A DNA stretch of 64,000 bases from Mobula hypostoma (taxonomy: Eukaryota). The notes beneath the pieces are model-generated. The model had not been told where the DNA came from and did no database searches. It worked only from the letters and a program-made list of their open reading frames with translations. A program made the translations under genes and the position numbers. Below are positions 1 to 13,978 of the stretch, piece after piece; within the stretch, counting starts at the first letter, position 1, and every line of letters starts with the position of its first letter. The stretch spans positions 154,814,001-154,878,000 of the forward strand of contig NC_086099.1 of the NCBI RefSeq assembly GCF_963921235.1. Reading direction: 5' to 3'.

Positions 1-559
1 TTTTCTGTGTTACATTCAAAGTGATGGATGATACCACTACTGGGAATGAAATGATTCTCACTTTAATCAGTGATTGTCAACAGAATGTATTTGCATCTCT
101 GGCCAGCCTGCGCAGAAGCAGAATAAAGCTCCCTGGCCTCTGCTTCAATAAGATTTATTTTTCCCTCTTGCTCAACCTCAGAAGAACACCACTTCTGGAA
201 TCAGTGTGAACAACTAGATCTCTCAGACTAAACATTCTTAAAGTTTCAGAGAGTTGGCCTACTAGTTTGGTACAATGGTGATGGTATGCTGCCCTTAACC
301 TCTTCAGGTCTGTCTGAGGCTACACGAGCTCTAAGGTGAGATAAGTTTACATATGCATCTGAGGGGGGGGGGGTGGGGGATAAATCAACACTGTATCAAA
401 CAACAGGTTCTTGAATGTAATGAATACAGCAAAAAAGTTTATTGGGAGCAAATCATGAGTAAACAACACCAAAGGAAGCCACTTGATCCGTCATGTCTAT
501 TATACATTGGCCGCTTCTATTACTGAGAATTTGCAAATGGAATTGGGTATTCTCATTTC

Positions 560-2710
560 TCAGCTTTTGATGGAAAGTAAGCCACTGATGAAACAGCTAA
601 AGATGATTGGGTCCAGAAAACTGATCTCAGGAATTCCTACAGTAATATCCTGAATTCCAACATCCACAACCATCTTCACTTGTGTTGGGTATGACTCACT
701 GCAGGATTTCTTGCATCTGCCTGACTCTGTATCTCAGCAGCTGATGAAATGAGTCTCACTGGAACAGGGGTTCACAACCTTTGTTACCCATGGAACCCTA
801 TCATTAAACGAGGCATCTGTGGACCCCAGCTGGGGAACCACTGCACTAAATGGAGTATTCTATGATAGCACTGCCACAACACGTCAAGTTTAGACTCCTT
901 GTTTGTAGTGGTCATTACTTGGTATTTGTGTGATGTGAATGGTATTGTCTTCATCTAGTCTTGCCTGAATATTGCCTACCTTTTGCTGCATGGAGACATG
1001 GGCCAAATAATTTTCTGATGTGATGCTCAGGTGATACATCATCAGCAAACATCACCTCTTCTGTCCTTATAGCAGAAGGAAGGTCAATGATTAAGTATTT
1101 GGGGATAGTTGGGCCTACGACAGAGTTGAGATCATTGACGTTCAACAACCACAACCATTCTGCAAGATATGATTCCAACTATTGAATTGTTTTCTGCTTG
1201 TTACTCATTGGTCTCAGTGTTACTAGTACACCAGGTGTACCATTACCAGCACACTTCAAATACTGTTGTGATGTTAAGTGTAGTCTCATTCACCTCACCT
1301 CTGAAATTCAACTCAAGTTCAGGTTCAATATCATTCACCCGTATGTGAATATGGACAAGTGAAACAGTGTTCCTCTGGGACCAAAGTGTTAATCACATTA
1401 CGAACAGCGCACAACAATTAGCACAAATGGTTATGATTGCAGCAAAACACAGAGGGATAAAAATAATATAGCCCAGTCCTTGAGTAGCATGATCTGTAAA
1501 TTGATGGTAAATTGTCCTAATCCAGTTTGTTCTTCCACTGAGCAAACACTAGAGGGCAGCACCAATAGGCAGGCCAGCCCCCAACCCAGCGTGGATTCCA
1601 GTGTGTCCACAGTGGCCTCTGCTCTCTCCCACACTGCCTCTGGTGTCTCCTCCCCAGCGACTTCAATAGGTGTTCTCACCACAACTGAGGCAATGCAGCT
1701 CTCCTGTCTTCGGTCCTGCCAGTGAACTGGACTTGTAGTATTCTACGTTACCAATGTTCAACAGGGTCTTGTGAGCACAATAAAAAAAAAATGCACAGGA
1801 CAATCACTTGCATCAAACACTGTCTCAGCATGACAACAATATGCAACAAGTCTAGCTCCATTGCTATCAAGCAACTCACTGGTGGGATAGTTCTGCAGTA
1901 TCTGAGGTTCTTGGTTTCCAGCAGTGACTTGCAATTGTAAAAAGACAAAGGATGAAGAAGTACAGTTTTGATTGGACCTGAAGTGGTCGCTGTGCCTGAG
2001 TGTGAAGACCATTGTTCCATGTTTGAACCATGACTACAATAAAGTCCGGAGCTGAGTGGCTCTGGTGGAATCCAAATTGTCATTCAGTGAGTAGTGTAAT
2101 GGACAGCAAATTCTGCTTGCGAGCTTGACAGGTTCCACCTGATGGTGAAGTAATCTAGTTGCTAACCAACTCAACTAGACTTCTGGGTTGTTCTATATTT
2201 TAGTGTGCTAATTGTACAGCATAGCTAGAAGGCTAGTTAGTTCCAAATTTAAATCCCTAACCCTGCAGCTTGGATATTGTTTATTTCTTTAGCCTGTTTG
2301 TTGCATTGGTTGTTCACTAGCCATTTTTTCTCATGTCTTGTGTAATGAATTGAACAAACTCCAGAATGGATCGTGGTGGTGAGGAAGATATTTGAATGCC
2401 GAGGTGGATCAATAATGCTTCAGCTCAAACATGGCTCCAAATGCTTTAGCCTTGTCCCTGCCATTACCGAGTTGATCTTAGAGTATCCTCTACACATCAG
2501 ATAATTGAATTGTTACCTTGTCATTCTTGGCTTAGTGTGACAGAATGGCAGACCTTTGATTTGATCCATTTATTGTGAGAGCCTTTAGCTCAGTCCATTA
2601 CATACTACTTTAATTGTTCAGCACAGATGTAGCTTCACAATGTTGATGTCTCATTCTTTGACTGCCCAGTGCTACTTCGCAGCACCCGATGCATTTTCAC
2701 ATTCTTCATT
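560..2710 (-). mobile_element. Highly degenerate non-LTR retrotransposon fragments (CR1/L2-group RT)
   Basis: ORF 951-1178(-) has SVVGPTI..IIDLPS....VMFADD, matching the RT motifs QGSVLGP...FADD. A second diverged copy of that segment lies at ~580-650. Boundaries approximate. Confidence 0.55.
765..843. mobile_element. 79-bp hAT/Charlie-type MITE
   Basis: Imperfect TIRs CAGGGGTTCACAACCT / AGCTGGGGAACCACTG; 8-bp flanks CACTGGAA / CACTAAAT as a decayed TSD. Confidence 0.6.
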
Positions 2711-3371
2711 GAATTAGATAAGGATATTGATTAGAGTAGAGCAAAAGAATAAGATCCTGGGAGAATTGACAGGCTATGGAGTAACTTGAGCAATGTGGCA
2801 AACTGACCGGATTATATAGGAAAATGAATTTTAAAGAAAATGAAAACATACAAGGAAAAGGAGCTCAGAGATCAACACATGGAATTATGACATTGTAGCC
2901 ATTAGTGAGACTTGATTGTAGGAGGGGCAGGACTGGCAGTTCAGTATTTTGGGTTCCATTGTTTTAGATGTGACAAAATGGGAGGGGTGGTATTACTAGT
3001 CATGGAAAATGTCTTAACAGTGCTCAGTCAGGACAGACTGAAGCACAGTCTAGTGAGGTGTCATGAGTAGAACTGACCATGTTAAAAGGGCTGTATTACA
3101 AATCACCAACAGTCCGTGGGATTTAGAGGAACAAATTTGTAGAGAGATTGCAGACTGTTGCAAAAAACACAAGCTTGTAATAGGTGATTTTAACTCTCTA
3201 CATATTGATTGAGAGTCCCATACTGTGAGAGGACTAAATAGGATAGAGGTTGTCAAATATGTTCAGGAAAGTTTCCTTAATCAGTATGTAGAACTCCCAA
3301 TGAGAGAATGCCTGGTGCTTGATTTGCTAAAGGGAATGAGACAGAAATGTGTGTGGGGGAACACTTTGCAT

Positions 3372-5210
3372 ATAGAACATAGAATAGTACAGCACAGTAC
3401 AGGCCTTTCGGCCCACAATGTTGTATGGACCTTCAAACCCTGCCTCCCATATAAGCCCCAAACTTAAATTCCTCCATATACCTGTCTGGTAGTCTCTTAA
3501 ACTTTACTAGTGTATCTGCCTCCACCACTGACTCAGGCAGTGCATTCTATGCCCCAACCACTATCTGAGTAAAAAACATTCCTCTAATATCCCCCTTGAA
3601 CTTCCCACCCCTTACCTTAAAGCCATGTCCTCTTGTATTGAGCAGTAGTGCCCTGGGGAAGAGGCACTGGCTATCCACTCTATCTATTCCTCTTATTATC
3701 TTGTGCACCTCTATCATGTCTCCTCTCATCCTCCTTCTCTCCAAAGAGTACAGCCCTAGCTCCCTTAATCTCTGATCATAATGCATTCTCTCTAAACCAG
3801 GCAGCATCCTGGTAAATCTCCTCTGTACCCTTTCCAATGCTTCCACATCCTTCCTATAGTGAGGTGACCAGAACTGGACACAGTACTCCAAGTGTGGCCT
3901 AACCAGAGTTTTATAGAGCTGCATCACTACATTGCGACTCTTAAACTCTATCGCTCAACTTATGAAAGCTAACACCCCATAAGCCTTCTTAACTACCCTA
4001 TCCACCTGTGAGGCAACTTTCAGGGATCTGTGGACATGTACCCCCAGATCCCTCTGCTCCTCCACACTACCAAGTATCCTGCCATTTACTTTGTACTCTG
4101 CCTTGGAGTTTGTCCTTCCAAAGTGTACCACTTCACACTTCTCCGGGTTGAACTCCATCTGCCACTTCTCAGCCCACTTCTGCATCCTCTGCAGTCTTTG
4201 ACAATCCTCTACACTATCTACAACACCACCAACCTTTGTGTCATCTGCAAACTTGCCAACCCACCCTTCTACCCCCACATCCAGGTCGTTAATAAAAATC
4301 ACGAAAAGTAGAGGTCCCAGAACAGATCCTTGTGGGACACTACTAGTCACAATCCTCCAATATGAATGTACTCCCTCCACCACAACCCTCTGTCTTCTGC
4401 AGGCAAGCCAATTCTGAATCCAACTGGCCAAACTTCCCTGGATCCCATGCCTTCTGTCTTTCTGAATAAGCCTACCGTGTGGAACCCTGTCAAATGCCTT
4501 ACTAAAATCCATATAGATCACATCCACTGCACTACCCTCATCTATATGCCTGGTCACGTCCTCAAAGAACTCTATCAGGCTTGTAAGACATCATCTGCCC
4601 TTCACAAAGCCATGCCGACTGTCCCTGATCAGACCATGATTCTCTAAATGCCCAGAGATCCTATCTCTAAGAATATTTTCCAGCAGCTTTCCCACCACAG
4701 ACGTAAGGCTCACTGGTCTATAATTACCTGGACTAACCCTACTACCTTTTTTGAACAAGGGGGCAACATTTATCTCCCTCCAATCCTCCGGTACCATTCC
4801 CGTGGACAACGAGGACATAAAGATCTTAGCCAGAGGCTCAGCAATCTCTTCCCTTGCCTCATGGAGCAGCCTGGGGAATATTCCGTCAGGCCCCAGGGAC
4901 TTATCCGTCCTAATGTATTTTAACAACTCCAACACCTCCTCTCCCTTAATATCAACATGTTCCAGAACATCAGCCTCATTCATATTGTCCTCACCTTCAT
5001 CAAGTTCCCTCTCATTGGTGAATACCGAAGAGAAGTATTCATTGAGGACCTCACTCACTTCCACAGACTCCAGGCACATCTTTCCACCTTTATCTCTAAT
5101 CTGTCCTACCTTCACTCCTGTCATCCTTTTTTTCTTCACATAATTGAAGAATGCCTTGGGGTTTTCCTTTACCCTACCCGGTTCATTACCTAGTACTAGA
5201 TCTAGTATGG
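3372..5210 (-). mobile_element. Younger 5'-truncated CR1 LINE with disrupted ORF2 (RT)
   Basis: ORFs 4591-5217, 3955-4557 and 3547-3927: NYRPVSLTS, YMDFSKAFD, PQGSVLGP, FADD, LVRPHLEYC; short tandem-repeat 3' tail near 3372-3385. Confidence 0.95.
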
Positions 5211-7590
5211 TGATCATAATGCCATTTGTTTCAAAGTAAATATGGAAAAAGATAGGTTTGGTCCGTGGGCTGAGATTCTAAACTGGAGAAGGTCAGATTT
5301 GATGGTGTTAGAAGGGATTTGCCAAGCATAGATTGGGACAGGCTGTTTCAGACTGTAAGTTACAGGAGCAGAATTAGGCCATTTGGCCCATCAAGTCTGC
5401 ACTGCCATTTCATTATGGCTGATTCATTATCCCTCTCTGCCCCAATCTCCTGCTGGTGGTGAGGCTCTGATGGTAAGAGATGGAACGAGAGGGTCAGAAA
5501 ATGTTGAATCTTTGTGGGTGGAGTTAAGAAACTGCAAGAGTAAAAAAAAAATTATGGGAATCATATATAGGCCTCCAAATACCAGCAAAGATGTGGGGTT
5601 GAGATTGCAAAGGGAGCTGGAAAAGGCATGTAATAAGGGCAATGTCACAATTGTATTGGGGGACTTCAATATGCAAGGGGATTGGGAAAAATCAGGTTGG
5701 TGTCAGATCACAAGAGAGAGAATTTGTTGAATGTCTATGAGATGGCTTTTTAAGATCAGCTTGTGCTTGAGCCTACTAGGGGAAAAGTCGTCTTGGATAG
5801 GGTGTTGTGTAATAACCCAGATTTTATTGGGAGCTTTACGTAAAGGAACCCTTAGGAGGCAGTGATCATAATATGATTGAATTCATACTGAAATTTGAGA
5901 AGGAGAAGCAGAAGTCACGTGTGTCAGTATCACGGGAATAAAGGGAATTACAGAGGCATGAGAGAGAAACTTACTCATGTGGATTGGAGGAGGATACTGG
6001 CGGGGATGATGACAGAGCAGAGATGGCTGAAGTTTCTGGGGATAGTTCGCAAGGTGCAGAATAATTATGTCCCACAGAAGTAGTAGTTCTCAAATGGTGG
6101 GGCTAGGCAACAGTGGCTGATAAGGGAAGTTAAGGACTGCATAAAAGCCAAGGAAAGGGCATACAAGGTAGCAAAAGTGAGTGGGAAGTTGGATGGTTGG
6201 GAAGCTTTTAAAATCCAACAAAAGGGAACTAAAAAAACTATAAGAGGAAAGATGAAATGAAGACTGACTAGCCAATAATACAAAGCAGATTACTAAAAGT
6301 TTTTTCAGTTCTATAAAAAGTAAAATTGAGGTGAGAGTTGATATTCGACCACTGGAAAATGGTGCTGGTGAGGTAGTAATGGTGGACAAAGAAATGGCAG
6401 ATGAAGTTAATGAGTATTCTTCATCTGTTTTCACTGTGGAAGACACTAGCAGTGTGCCAGATATCCGTAAATGTCAGGGAGCAGGAGTGAGTGCCATTGC
6501 TATTACAATGGAAAACATCTAAGCAAACTCAAAGGTCTTAAGGTGGATAAGTCACCTGCACCAGATGGACCACATCCCAGAGTCCTGAGGGAGGTTGCTG
6601 AAGAGGTAACGGATGCATTGATCATAATGTTTGTGTTCATGTTCACGCTTGCTGTGAAAATGGGGTCACCTCCCTCTCCCTTATTAGGGAGAGAGAGAAC
6701 CTGTGGTTTCTCGAATGCTGGATGAAATGCGATAGTCTTTGGGATAACTGCAAGGTCTGTGTCTTTGTTATTGCTTAGCTCACGCTTGTGCAAGGTAGCA
6801 GGTGCGCTTTTTGCTGGGGGAGGGGGTAGCATTGCTTTGCTGCTGCTTACACGGGAGGGGGTAGCTGGGGGGACTTTGGGGTTCTCACGTTTAACTGTCG
6901 TTCATTCTTTAGGGCACCTCTGTTTTTGTGGATGTTTTGCGGAGGAAAAGCATTTCAGGATGTATATTGTATACACTTCTCTTTCTTTTCAAATCTTTTT
7001 ATTGTTACATTGTAGAAAAGAAATAACACGAGTACATTGAAGTAACAACACTTACAATATCTCAAAAAAGACATCATCTTAAAGATTGAGAAAACAATTT
7101 GTGATAACAAAAAAACCTACTAAGCAGAAAAAGTGAGAAAAAAAACCATTAGGTGTACAACCCCGGAGCCATGTGTCATACAAAAAGCTTTTTAAAAATA
7201 AACATCAAACCTCCAGCAAGAAAAGAAAATATACCAAAACATTTACAATTAGATCATGGAAAAAAATCTATCAATTAGCTCAAATGATAATAATGAGCAA
7301 ATGAGCCCCATCTTTTCTCAAAATCAAACAAAGTTCAAAGGTTCGACTTCTAATTTTCTCCAAACTAAGACATAGCATCACTTGGGAGAACCATTGTGAC
7401 AAACTGGGAGCTGATGTATCCTTCCACTTCAACAAACTGACTAGGAGGGCCAAATTAATAATTTGGCAAATTAACAAATTAATAATATGTTACATTATTA
7501 TTGTAACAAATGCAAAAACATGTTGGTCAGACACAGAAATACCATGAATATTTGGAGGAATTATTCCAAAAAGCACGGTTAATTTATTAG

Positions 7591-7712
7591 CAACACACAT
7601 CAAAGTTGCTGGTGAACGCAGCAGGCCAGGCAGCATCTATAGGAAGAGGCGCAGTCGACGTTTCAGGCCGAGACCCTTCGTCAGGACTAACTGAAGGAAT
7701 TCCTGTTGTTTG
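7591..7712. mobile_element. 122-bp Penelope-derived (pLTR 3'-end) insertion with 15-bp TSD and internal inversion
   Basis: TSD CGGTTAATTTATTAG at 7576-7590 and 7713-7727; 7591-7686 is identical to 35121-35216. Confidence 0.9.
7653..7688 (-). ncRNA. Minimal type-I hammerhead ribozyme motif (intact core)
   Basis: Minus strand: AGUC-CUGACGA-AGG(GUCUCGG)CCU-GAAA-CGUC^GACU. Stem I AGUC/GACU, stem II, palindromic ACGU in place of stem III. Predicted cleavage between 7657 and 7656. Confidence 0.8.
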
Positions 7713-10700
7713 CGGTTAATTTATTAGGTTGTAGATTAATTTTAAGTGCTTTAGAAATTGTTGAAAAAGCTGATTTCTAGAACTGTTCAAATATAGAACA
7801 AGACCAAAACATATGTGTCAGTGTAACTATCTCAGTTTTACATCTGTCACAATAACTATCAACATTAGAAAAGATTTTAGAAAGTCTCTCCTTCGTCAAA
7901 TGATTACGATGTACAATTTTAAATTGAATCAATGAATGGCTAGCACAAATTGAAGAAGAGTTAACCAACTTCAAAATCCGCATCCAATCCTCCATCATAA
8001 AAGTCAAATTGAGTTCCTTCTCACAATCCTGTTTAATCTTAGATGAAGGATGCTTATCCCATTGTAATAATAAATTATAAATTCTTCCAATAGAACCCTT
8101 GACCGAAGGATTCATATTCATAATAGTATCTAACAGGTCAGCCTCCAATATGTAAGGAAAATTACTTAAATATTTTTGTAAAAAATGTCTAACTTGAAGG
8201 TATTGCAGAAAGTGTGAGTATGAAAGAGAATATTTATCAATGAATTGTTCAAAAGATATCAGTCTATCTTCTTTAAATAAATCCAAAAAAGAATTAATAC
8301 CTTTATTTTTCCAAAGTAAAAAAATTGGATCACTCAAAGAAGGCTTAAAAAAAAGTAATTTCGATAAATTAAACTACAAAGTTTTAATTTTTTAAGATTT
8401 AAAAAATTGCGGAACTGGAGCCAAATTTGTAAAGAATACTTAATCACAGGATATAGGTTTAAATTAGCAACTTTAGCTAATTGTATAGGTAAAGCAGCTC
8501 TCAATAACGAGGTTAAATAACACTGTTTTACAACTTTCAGTTCCAGGTCTACCCAAATTGGCCGATCACTCTTATCAACCCAATATAACCAAAAACACAT
8601 TAACAGCCCAATAATACATTCTTAGATTAGGCAAAGCCAGATCTTCATCCTTTTTCAATTTTTGTAAGTGACATTTATTAATTCTTGGTCTTTTATTATT
8701 CCAAATAAAAAATAAAATAATAGTATCAATCCGATCAAAAAACTTCCTAGTCAAAAAAACAGGGATATTCTGAAATAAATATAAACATTTTGATAAAATC
8801 ATCATTTTAACTATATGAATACGACCAACAAGTGAAAATGTAAATGTACTCCATCTACTAAATAAATACTTCATAGAGTCTACTAAAGGAACAAAATTGG
8901 CTTTATAAAGATCCTTATATTTTTTAGTAATTATAATACCTAAATATCTAAAAAAGCCTGTGACTTTAAAAGGAGTGTTATCATATTTAGAGACAGAATC
9001 ATTTAAAGGAAGCAATTCACTTTTACTGAAATTTATTTTATATCCTGAAAAATCTCCAAATTCATTAAACCATTTTAGCAAAGCAGGAATAGATTTGTCA
9101 GGATTAGATATATAAACCAATAAATCATCAGCGTAAAGAGAGATCTTATGCATGGTCTCATTCACAAAAATCCCATGGATATTTTTAGCCTCACAAAGAG
9201 CAATAGCAAGGGGTTCTAATATTAAATCAAACAACAAAGGACTTAATGGACAGCCTTGCCTTGTCCCCCGTAAAACCTGAAAAAAAGGAGACCTACAATT
9301 GTTAGTGACAACAGTAGCAATAGGGGCTTTGTGCATCATTTTAATCCAATTATTAAAATTAGCACCAAAGCCATATTTCTCTAAAACATTAAATACTGTA
9401 AATATTTCCATTCAATTCGATCAAACACTTTTTCAGCATCCAAAGATACAACACATTGCGGAGTTTTAAAAGAGAATGAATATATAATGTTAAATAGTCT
9501 CGAACATTTGAAAAAGAATAGCGGCCCTTTATAAAGCCTGTTCGATCTTTAAAAATAATTTCACCCAAAATATTCTCCAACCGATTGGCCATTATCTTTG
9601 ACAGAATCTTAGCGTCAACATTCAGTATTGAAATAGGTCTATATGAAGCACCACTGCTTTTGATCTTTATCTTTTTTAAGAATTAAAGAAATAGAAGCCT
9701 CATAAAAAATAGAGGGTAAGTCACCTTTCACAAAAGAATCCTTAAACACTTCCAACATATACGGAGAAAGCAACTTTCCAAATTTTTTATAAAATTCTAC
9801 AGGATAACCATCAAGTCCTGGGGACTTACCAGATTGCATTGGAAAAATAGCTTTATGAATTTCGGCTTCAGTGATTTCAGCATCAAGAGTATTTTGATCC
9901 TCAGCCGAGATTTTAGGAAAAACAATCTTTCGTAAAAAAGCATTAATTTCAGAGGAATCTAATGGACATTGAGATTTATAAAGTTCAGTATAAAAATCTT
10001 GAAAAATCTTATTAATTTCTTCATATTCCTGAGCCAAGGTACCATCTTTTCTACCAATTTTCATGATTTGCCTTTTGGCTGCAGCCATTTTTAATTGTGA
10101 TGCGAGAAGTTTATTATTTTTATCTCCAAACATATAAAATTGGCTCTTTAACTTAAGCAAATAGCCTTCAATGGGATGAGTTAATAACAGATTATATTGT
10201 GATTGAAGTTCCATCCTTTGTTTAAATAAATCAACATTGGGGGAAATTGCATAAATATTACCTAAATCTTTAATTTGTTTTGAAATTCTATCTAATTCTG
10301 CTTTAGTCTGTTTTTTAAATTTAGCTGCAAAAGAAATAATCTGACCACATAAAAATGCTTTAAATGTATTCCATATAATTAATTTAGACATACCCCCTAT
10401 ATCATTAAAAAGAAAAAACTCTTTTATCTGGGTTTTATCTGGATTTCTCCGATGTTAAGTTGAACCTTTGAACCACTTGATTCTGGCTTGGTCCTGGAGG
10501 ATTGGAAAATTGCAGATGTCATTCCACCTCTTAAGGGAGGAAGGCAAAAGAAATGAAATTAGAGGCCAGTTAGCCTAACCTCAGAGGTTGGGAAAGTGTT
10601 GGGGTCTATTATTAAGGATGAGGTTTCAGGGTACTCGGAGACTAATGATAAAATAAGTCAGTCATCATGGTTTCTGTAAAAGGAAATCTGTTAGAGTTCT

Positions 10701-13700
10701 TCGAGAAAGTAACAAGTAGGGTGGACAAAGGAGAGACAGTGGATGTCATTTACTTGGATTTTCAGATGGCGTTTGATAAGGTGCCACACATAGGGCTGCT
10801 TCACAAGATAAAATCCTATGGCGTTACAGGAAAGATACTGGCAATGGATAGAGGAATAGCTGACAGGCTGGAGGCAGTGAGTGGGAATAAAAGGGGACTT
10901 TTCTGGTTGGCTGCTGTGACTAGTTGATTTCCTTAGGGACCAGTATTAGGACCACTGCTTTTGACATTGTTTGGCAATGATTTAGATAATGGAATTGATG
11001 GCTTTGTGGCAAAGGTTACAAATGATACAACATACAAGAATGGACAAAAAAGTGGTAGATGGAATAATGTGCCAGGAAATATATGATAATGCATTTTGGT
11101 AAAAGAAAAAATAGTGCGGACTATTATCTAAATGAGGAGGAAATTCAAACATCAGAGGTGCAAAGGGACTTAGGAGTCTACATACAAGACTTCCAGAAGG
11201 TTAATTTACAGGTTGAGTCTATGGTGAAAAAGGCAAATGCATTGTTAGCATTTATTTCAAGGGGCGTAGAATATAAAAGCAAGGAGATAATGCTGATCCT
11301 TTATAAGACACTAGTCAGGCTGCACTTGGAGTATTGTCAACAGTTTTGGGCCCCATATCTCAGAAAGGATGTGTTGGCATTGAGGAGATTCACAAAAGGT
11401 GAATCCGGGAATGAAGGGGTTAACATACGAGGAACGTTTGGGCCTGTACTCACTGGAATTTAGAAGAATACTTTATACTTTATTGTGGTATACTTTATAC
11501 TATATGTGGAGATCTCATTGAAACCTATCTAATGTTGAAAGGACAAGATAAGGTGGATGTGGAGAGGATGTTTTCGCTGGTGGGAGTATCCAGAACTAAA
11601 GAGCACAACCTCAAAATTAAGGACCAACTTTTTTGAACAGAGGCAAGGAGGAATTATTTTAGCAAGAGAGCACTGAATCTGTGGAATGCTCTGCCACAGG
11701 CAGCGGTGGAGGCCAAGTGTGGGCTTATTTAAGGCGGAAGTTGATAGTTTCCTGATTGGTCAGGACATCAAAGGATATGGTGAGCAGGAAGGTATATGGG
11801 GTTGAGTGGGATCTGGGATCAGCCACGATGGAATGGCGGAGCAGACTCAATGGGCTGAATGGCCTAATTTTGCTCCGATGTCTGATGCTCTTCTCCCCTT
11901 ATCCCTTCTTGCCCTGAATAATCAAGAATCAATCACCTCTGCCTTAATTTTACCCAATGACTTGATCTCCATAGCAGCCTTCTGGCAATGGTATACTTTG
12001 TGAGTGGGAGGCCTTCAAAAAGCGAAATATTGATAGTACAAAGCTTGTATATGCCTGTCGGAATAACAAGCAAGGATAATAGGTTTAGGGAACCTTGGCT
12101 TTCAAGGGATATTGATGCTCTGGTTAAAAAAAAAGGAGGTGCATAGCAGCTATAGGCAGGTAGAACAAATGAGGGGCTTATGCAATATAAGAAATGCAAG
12201 AGAACACTTAAGAAAAAAAATCAAGAGGGCTAAAAGAAGGCATGAAGTTGCCCCAACAGACAGGGTGAAAAAGAACCCCAAGGGATTCCACAGATATGTG
12301 AAGAGCCTAAGAACTGCAAGGGGCAAAAATTGGTCCTCTGGAAGATCAGAGTGGTAATCCATGCGTGGAGCCAAGACAGATAGGGGAGATTTAAAATGGA
12401 TTTTTTTTTTGCATCTATATTTTCTCAGGAGATGGACACTGAGTCTAAAGAAGTGAGGCAAAGCATCACCTTCTTCATGGACCCCATACAGGTTACAGAG
12501 GAGGTGGTATTTGTTTTTTTGAAGCAAATTAAGGTGGATAAATCCCCAGAGCCTGATGGGGTGTTTCCTCAGACCCTGTGGGAGATAAGTGCAGAAATTG
12601 CAGGGGTCCTAACGGAGATACTTAAGTCAAAGTCATTATTGTTACTTAGTGACAAGTGAGGTACTGGAGAATTGGAGGATAACTCAAGTTGTTCTGCTGT
12701 TTAAGAAAGGCTCCAAAATAAACCAGGAAATTATAGGCTGGTGAGCCTAACATCAGCAGTGGGGAAGTTATTGGAAGGTATTCTAAGGGACTGGACATAT
12801 GAGTATTTGGATAGACAAACTGATTAGGGATGGTCAACATGGCTTCATGTGTGGTAGATCATGTCCAACCAATCTCAGAATTTTTTTGAAGTTACCAGAA
12901 AAGTTGAAGGCAACACAGTGGATATTTTCTACATGGACTTTAGCAAGGCATTTGACAAGGTCCCGTATGGGAGGTTGGTCAAGGTCCAATTGCTTGACAT
13001 TCAAGATGAGCTAGTAAATTTGATTAGACATTGGCTTTGTGGGAGACGCCACAGAGCAGTACTTGGTGGTTGCCTCCCCGACTGGAAGCCTGTGACTAGT
13101 GGAGTGCTGCAGAGATCGGTGCTGGGTCTGTTGTTGTTTGTTATACATAATCAATGATCTGGATGATAATGTGGTTAACTGGATTAGCAAATTTGTGAAT
13201 GACATCAGGATGAGGGGTGTAGTAGACAGCAAGCAAGACTGTCAGAGCTTGCCGTGGGATCTGGACCGGCTGAAAAAGTGGGCTGCAAGATGGCTGAGGG
13301 AAATTAATGGAGTCAAGTGCAAGGCTTTGTACTTCAGTAGGACCAACCAGGGTGGGTCTTGTGCAGTGAACAGCAGGGTACTGAGGAGTGATGAAGAACA
13401 AAGGGATTGGGGAATACAGGTCCATAATTCATTGAAAGTGGCAATTCAGACAAATAGGGTTTGTAAAGAAAGCTTTAGGCAGATTGGCCTTCATAAATAA
13501 AACTATTGAGTACAGGAGTTGGGATGTTGAAGTTGTACAAGATGTTGGTGGGGCTTAATTTGGAATATTGTGTGTAGTTTTGGTCACTTACCTACAGGAA
13601 AGATGCAAATAAGGTTAAAAGAGTACAGAGAAATGTACAAGGATGTTGCTGGGACTGGAGGACCTGAGTTGTAAGGAAAGATTGAAAAGGTTAGGACTTT

Positions 13701-13711
13701 ACTCCTTGGAA

Positions 13712-13978
13712 TATGGCGGCACAGGGCGTACTTAAGTGCAGTGGTTAACAACGCTTTACAGTACAGGTGGCCTGGGTGCCACTGCTGTCTGTAAGGAGTT
13801 TGTACATTCTCCCTGTGACCACGTGGGTTTCCTCCCACAGTCCAAGGACGTACTGGCTGGCAGGTTAATTGGTCATTGTAAATTGCGCTGCATTTAGACT
13901 CAGATTAAAACAGAGGATTGCTGGGTAGCAAGACTCAGAGGGCCGATTCCGAGCCATACCTGAATAAAAACTAAAACA
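13712..13978 (+). mobile_element. V-SINE (HE1-like), tRNA-derived
   Basis: 5' GGCGGCAC...GTGGTTA A-box-like start; V-domain GAGTTTGTACATTCTCCCTGTGACCACGTGGGTTTCCTCCCACAGTCCAA; inserted in the CR1 3' region. Confidence 0.8.

Larger units (their letters stand above)
6983..10442 (-). mobile_element. 5'-truncated L1-clade LINE with frameshifted ORF2
   Basis: KSPGLDGYPVEFYK, GTRQGCPLSPLLF, LYADD, RYLGI and a C-terminal CDRC...HMFWSC knuckle; 3' end AATAAAAAGATTTGAAAAGAAAG; short TTCTC duplication at the flanks. Confidence 0.93.
6626..10473 (+). mobile_element. Non-coding interspersed repeat (non-autonomous LINE-tail family), split by L1
   Basis: 6626-6982 is near-collinear with 15960-16316; its tail TTGAACCTTTGAAC lies at ~10459-10473. 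Confidence 0.75.
5454..11888 (+). mobile_element. CR1 LINE, ORF2 from APE to the 3' end, split at ~6625/10470
   Basis: ESLWVELRN, IYRPPN, LGDFN, DKSPAPDG, YLDFQMAFDKV, LVRLHLEYC; CR1 3' UTR at 11780-11888. Confidence 0.9.
5352..11988 (-). mobile_element. Short CR1 3'-end fragment split into ~5352-5453 and ~11889-11988
   Basis: GGAGCAGAATTAGGCCATTTGGCCC...CCCCAATCTCCTGC resumes as TTCTCCCCTTATCCC...ACCTCTGCCTTAA after the insertion. Similar uninterrupted text at 27050-27240 and 38545-38740. Confidence 0.75.

Noticed and set aside
741-765. CTGATGA as a possible hammerhead start
   Set aside because: No stem II-GAAA-NUH arrangement follows.
4030-5193. Several plus-strand ORFs of 78-130 aa
   Set aside because: Antisense to CR1 ORF2.
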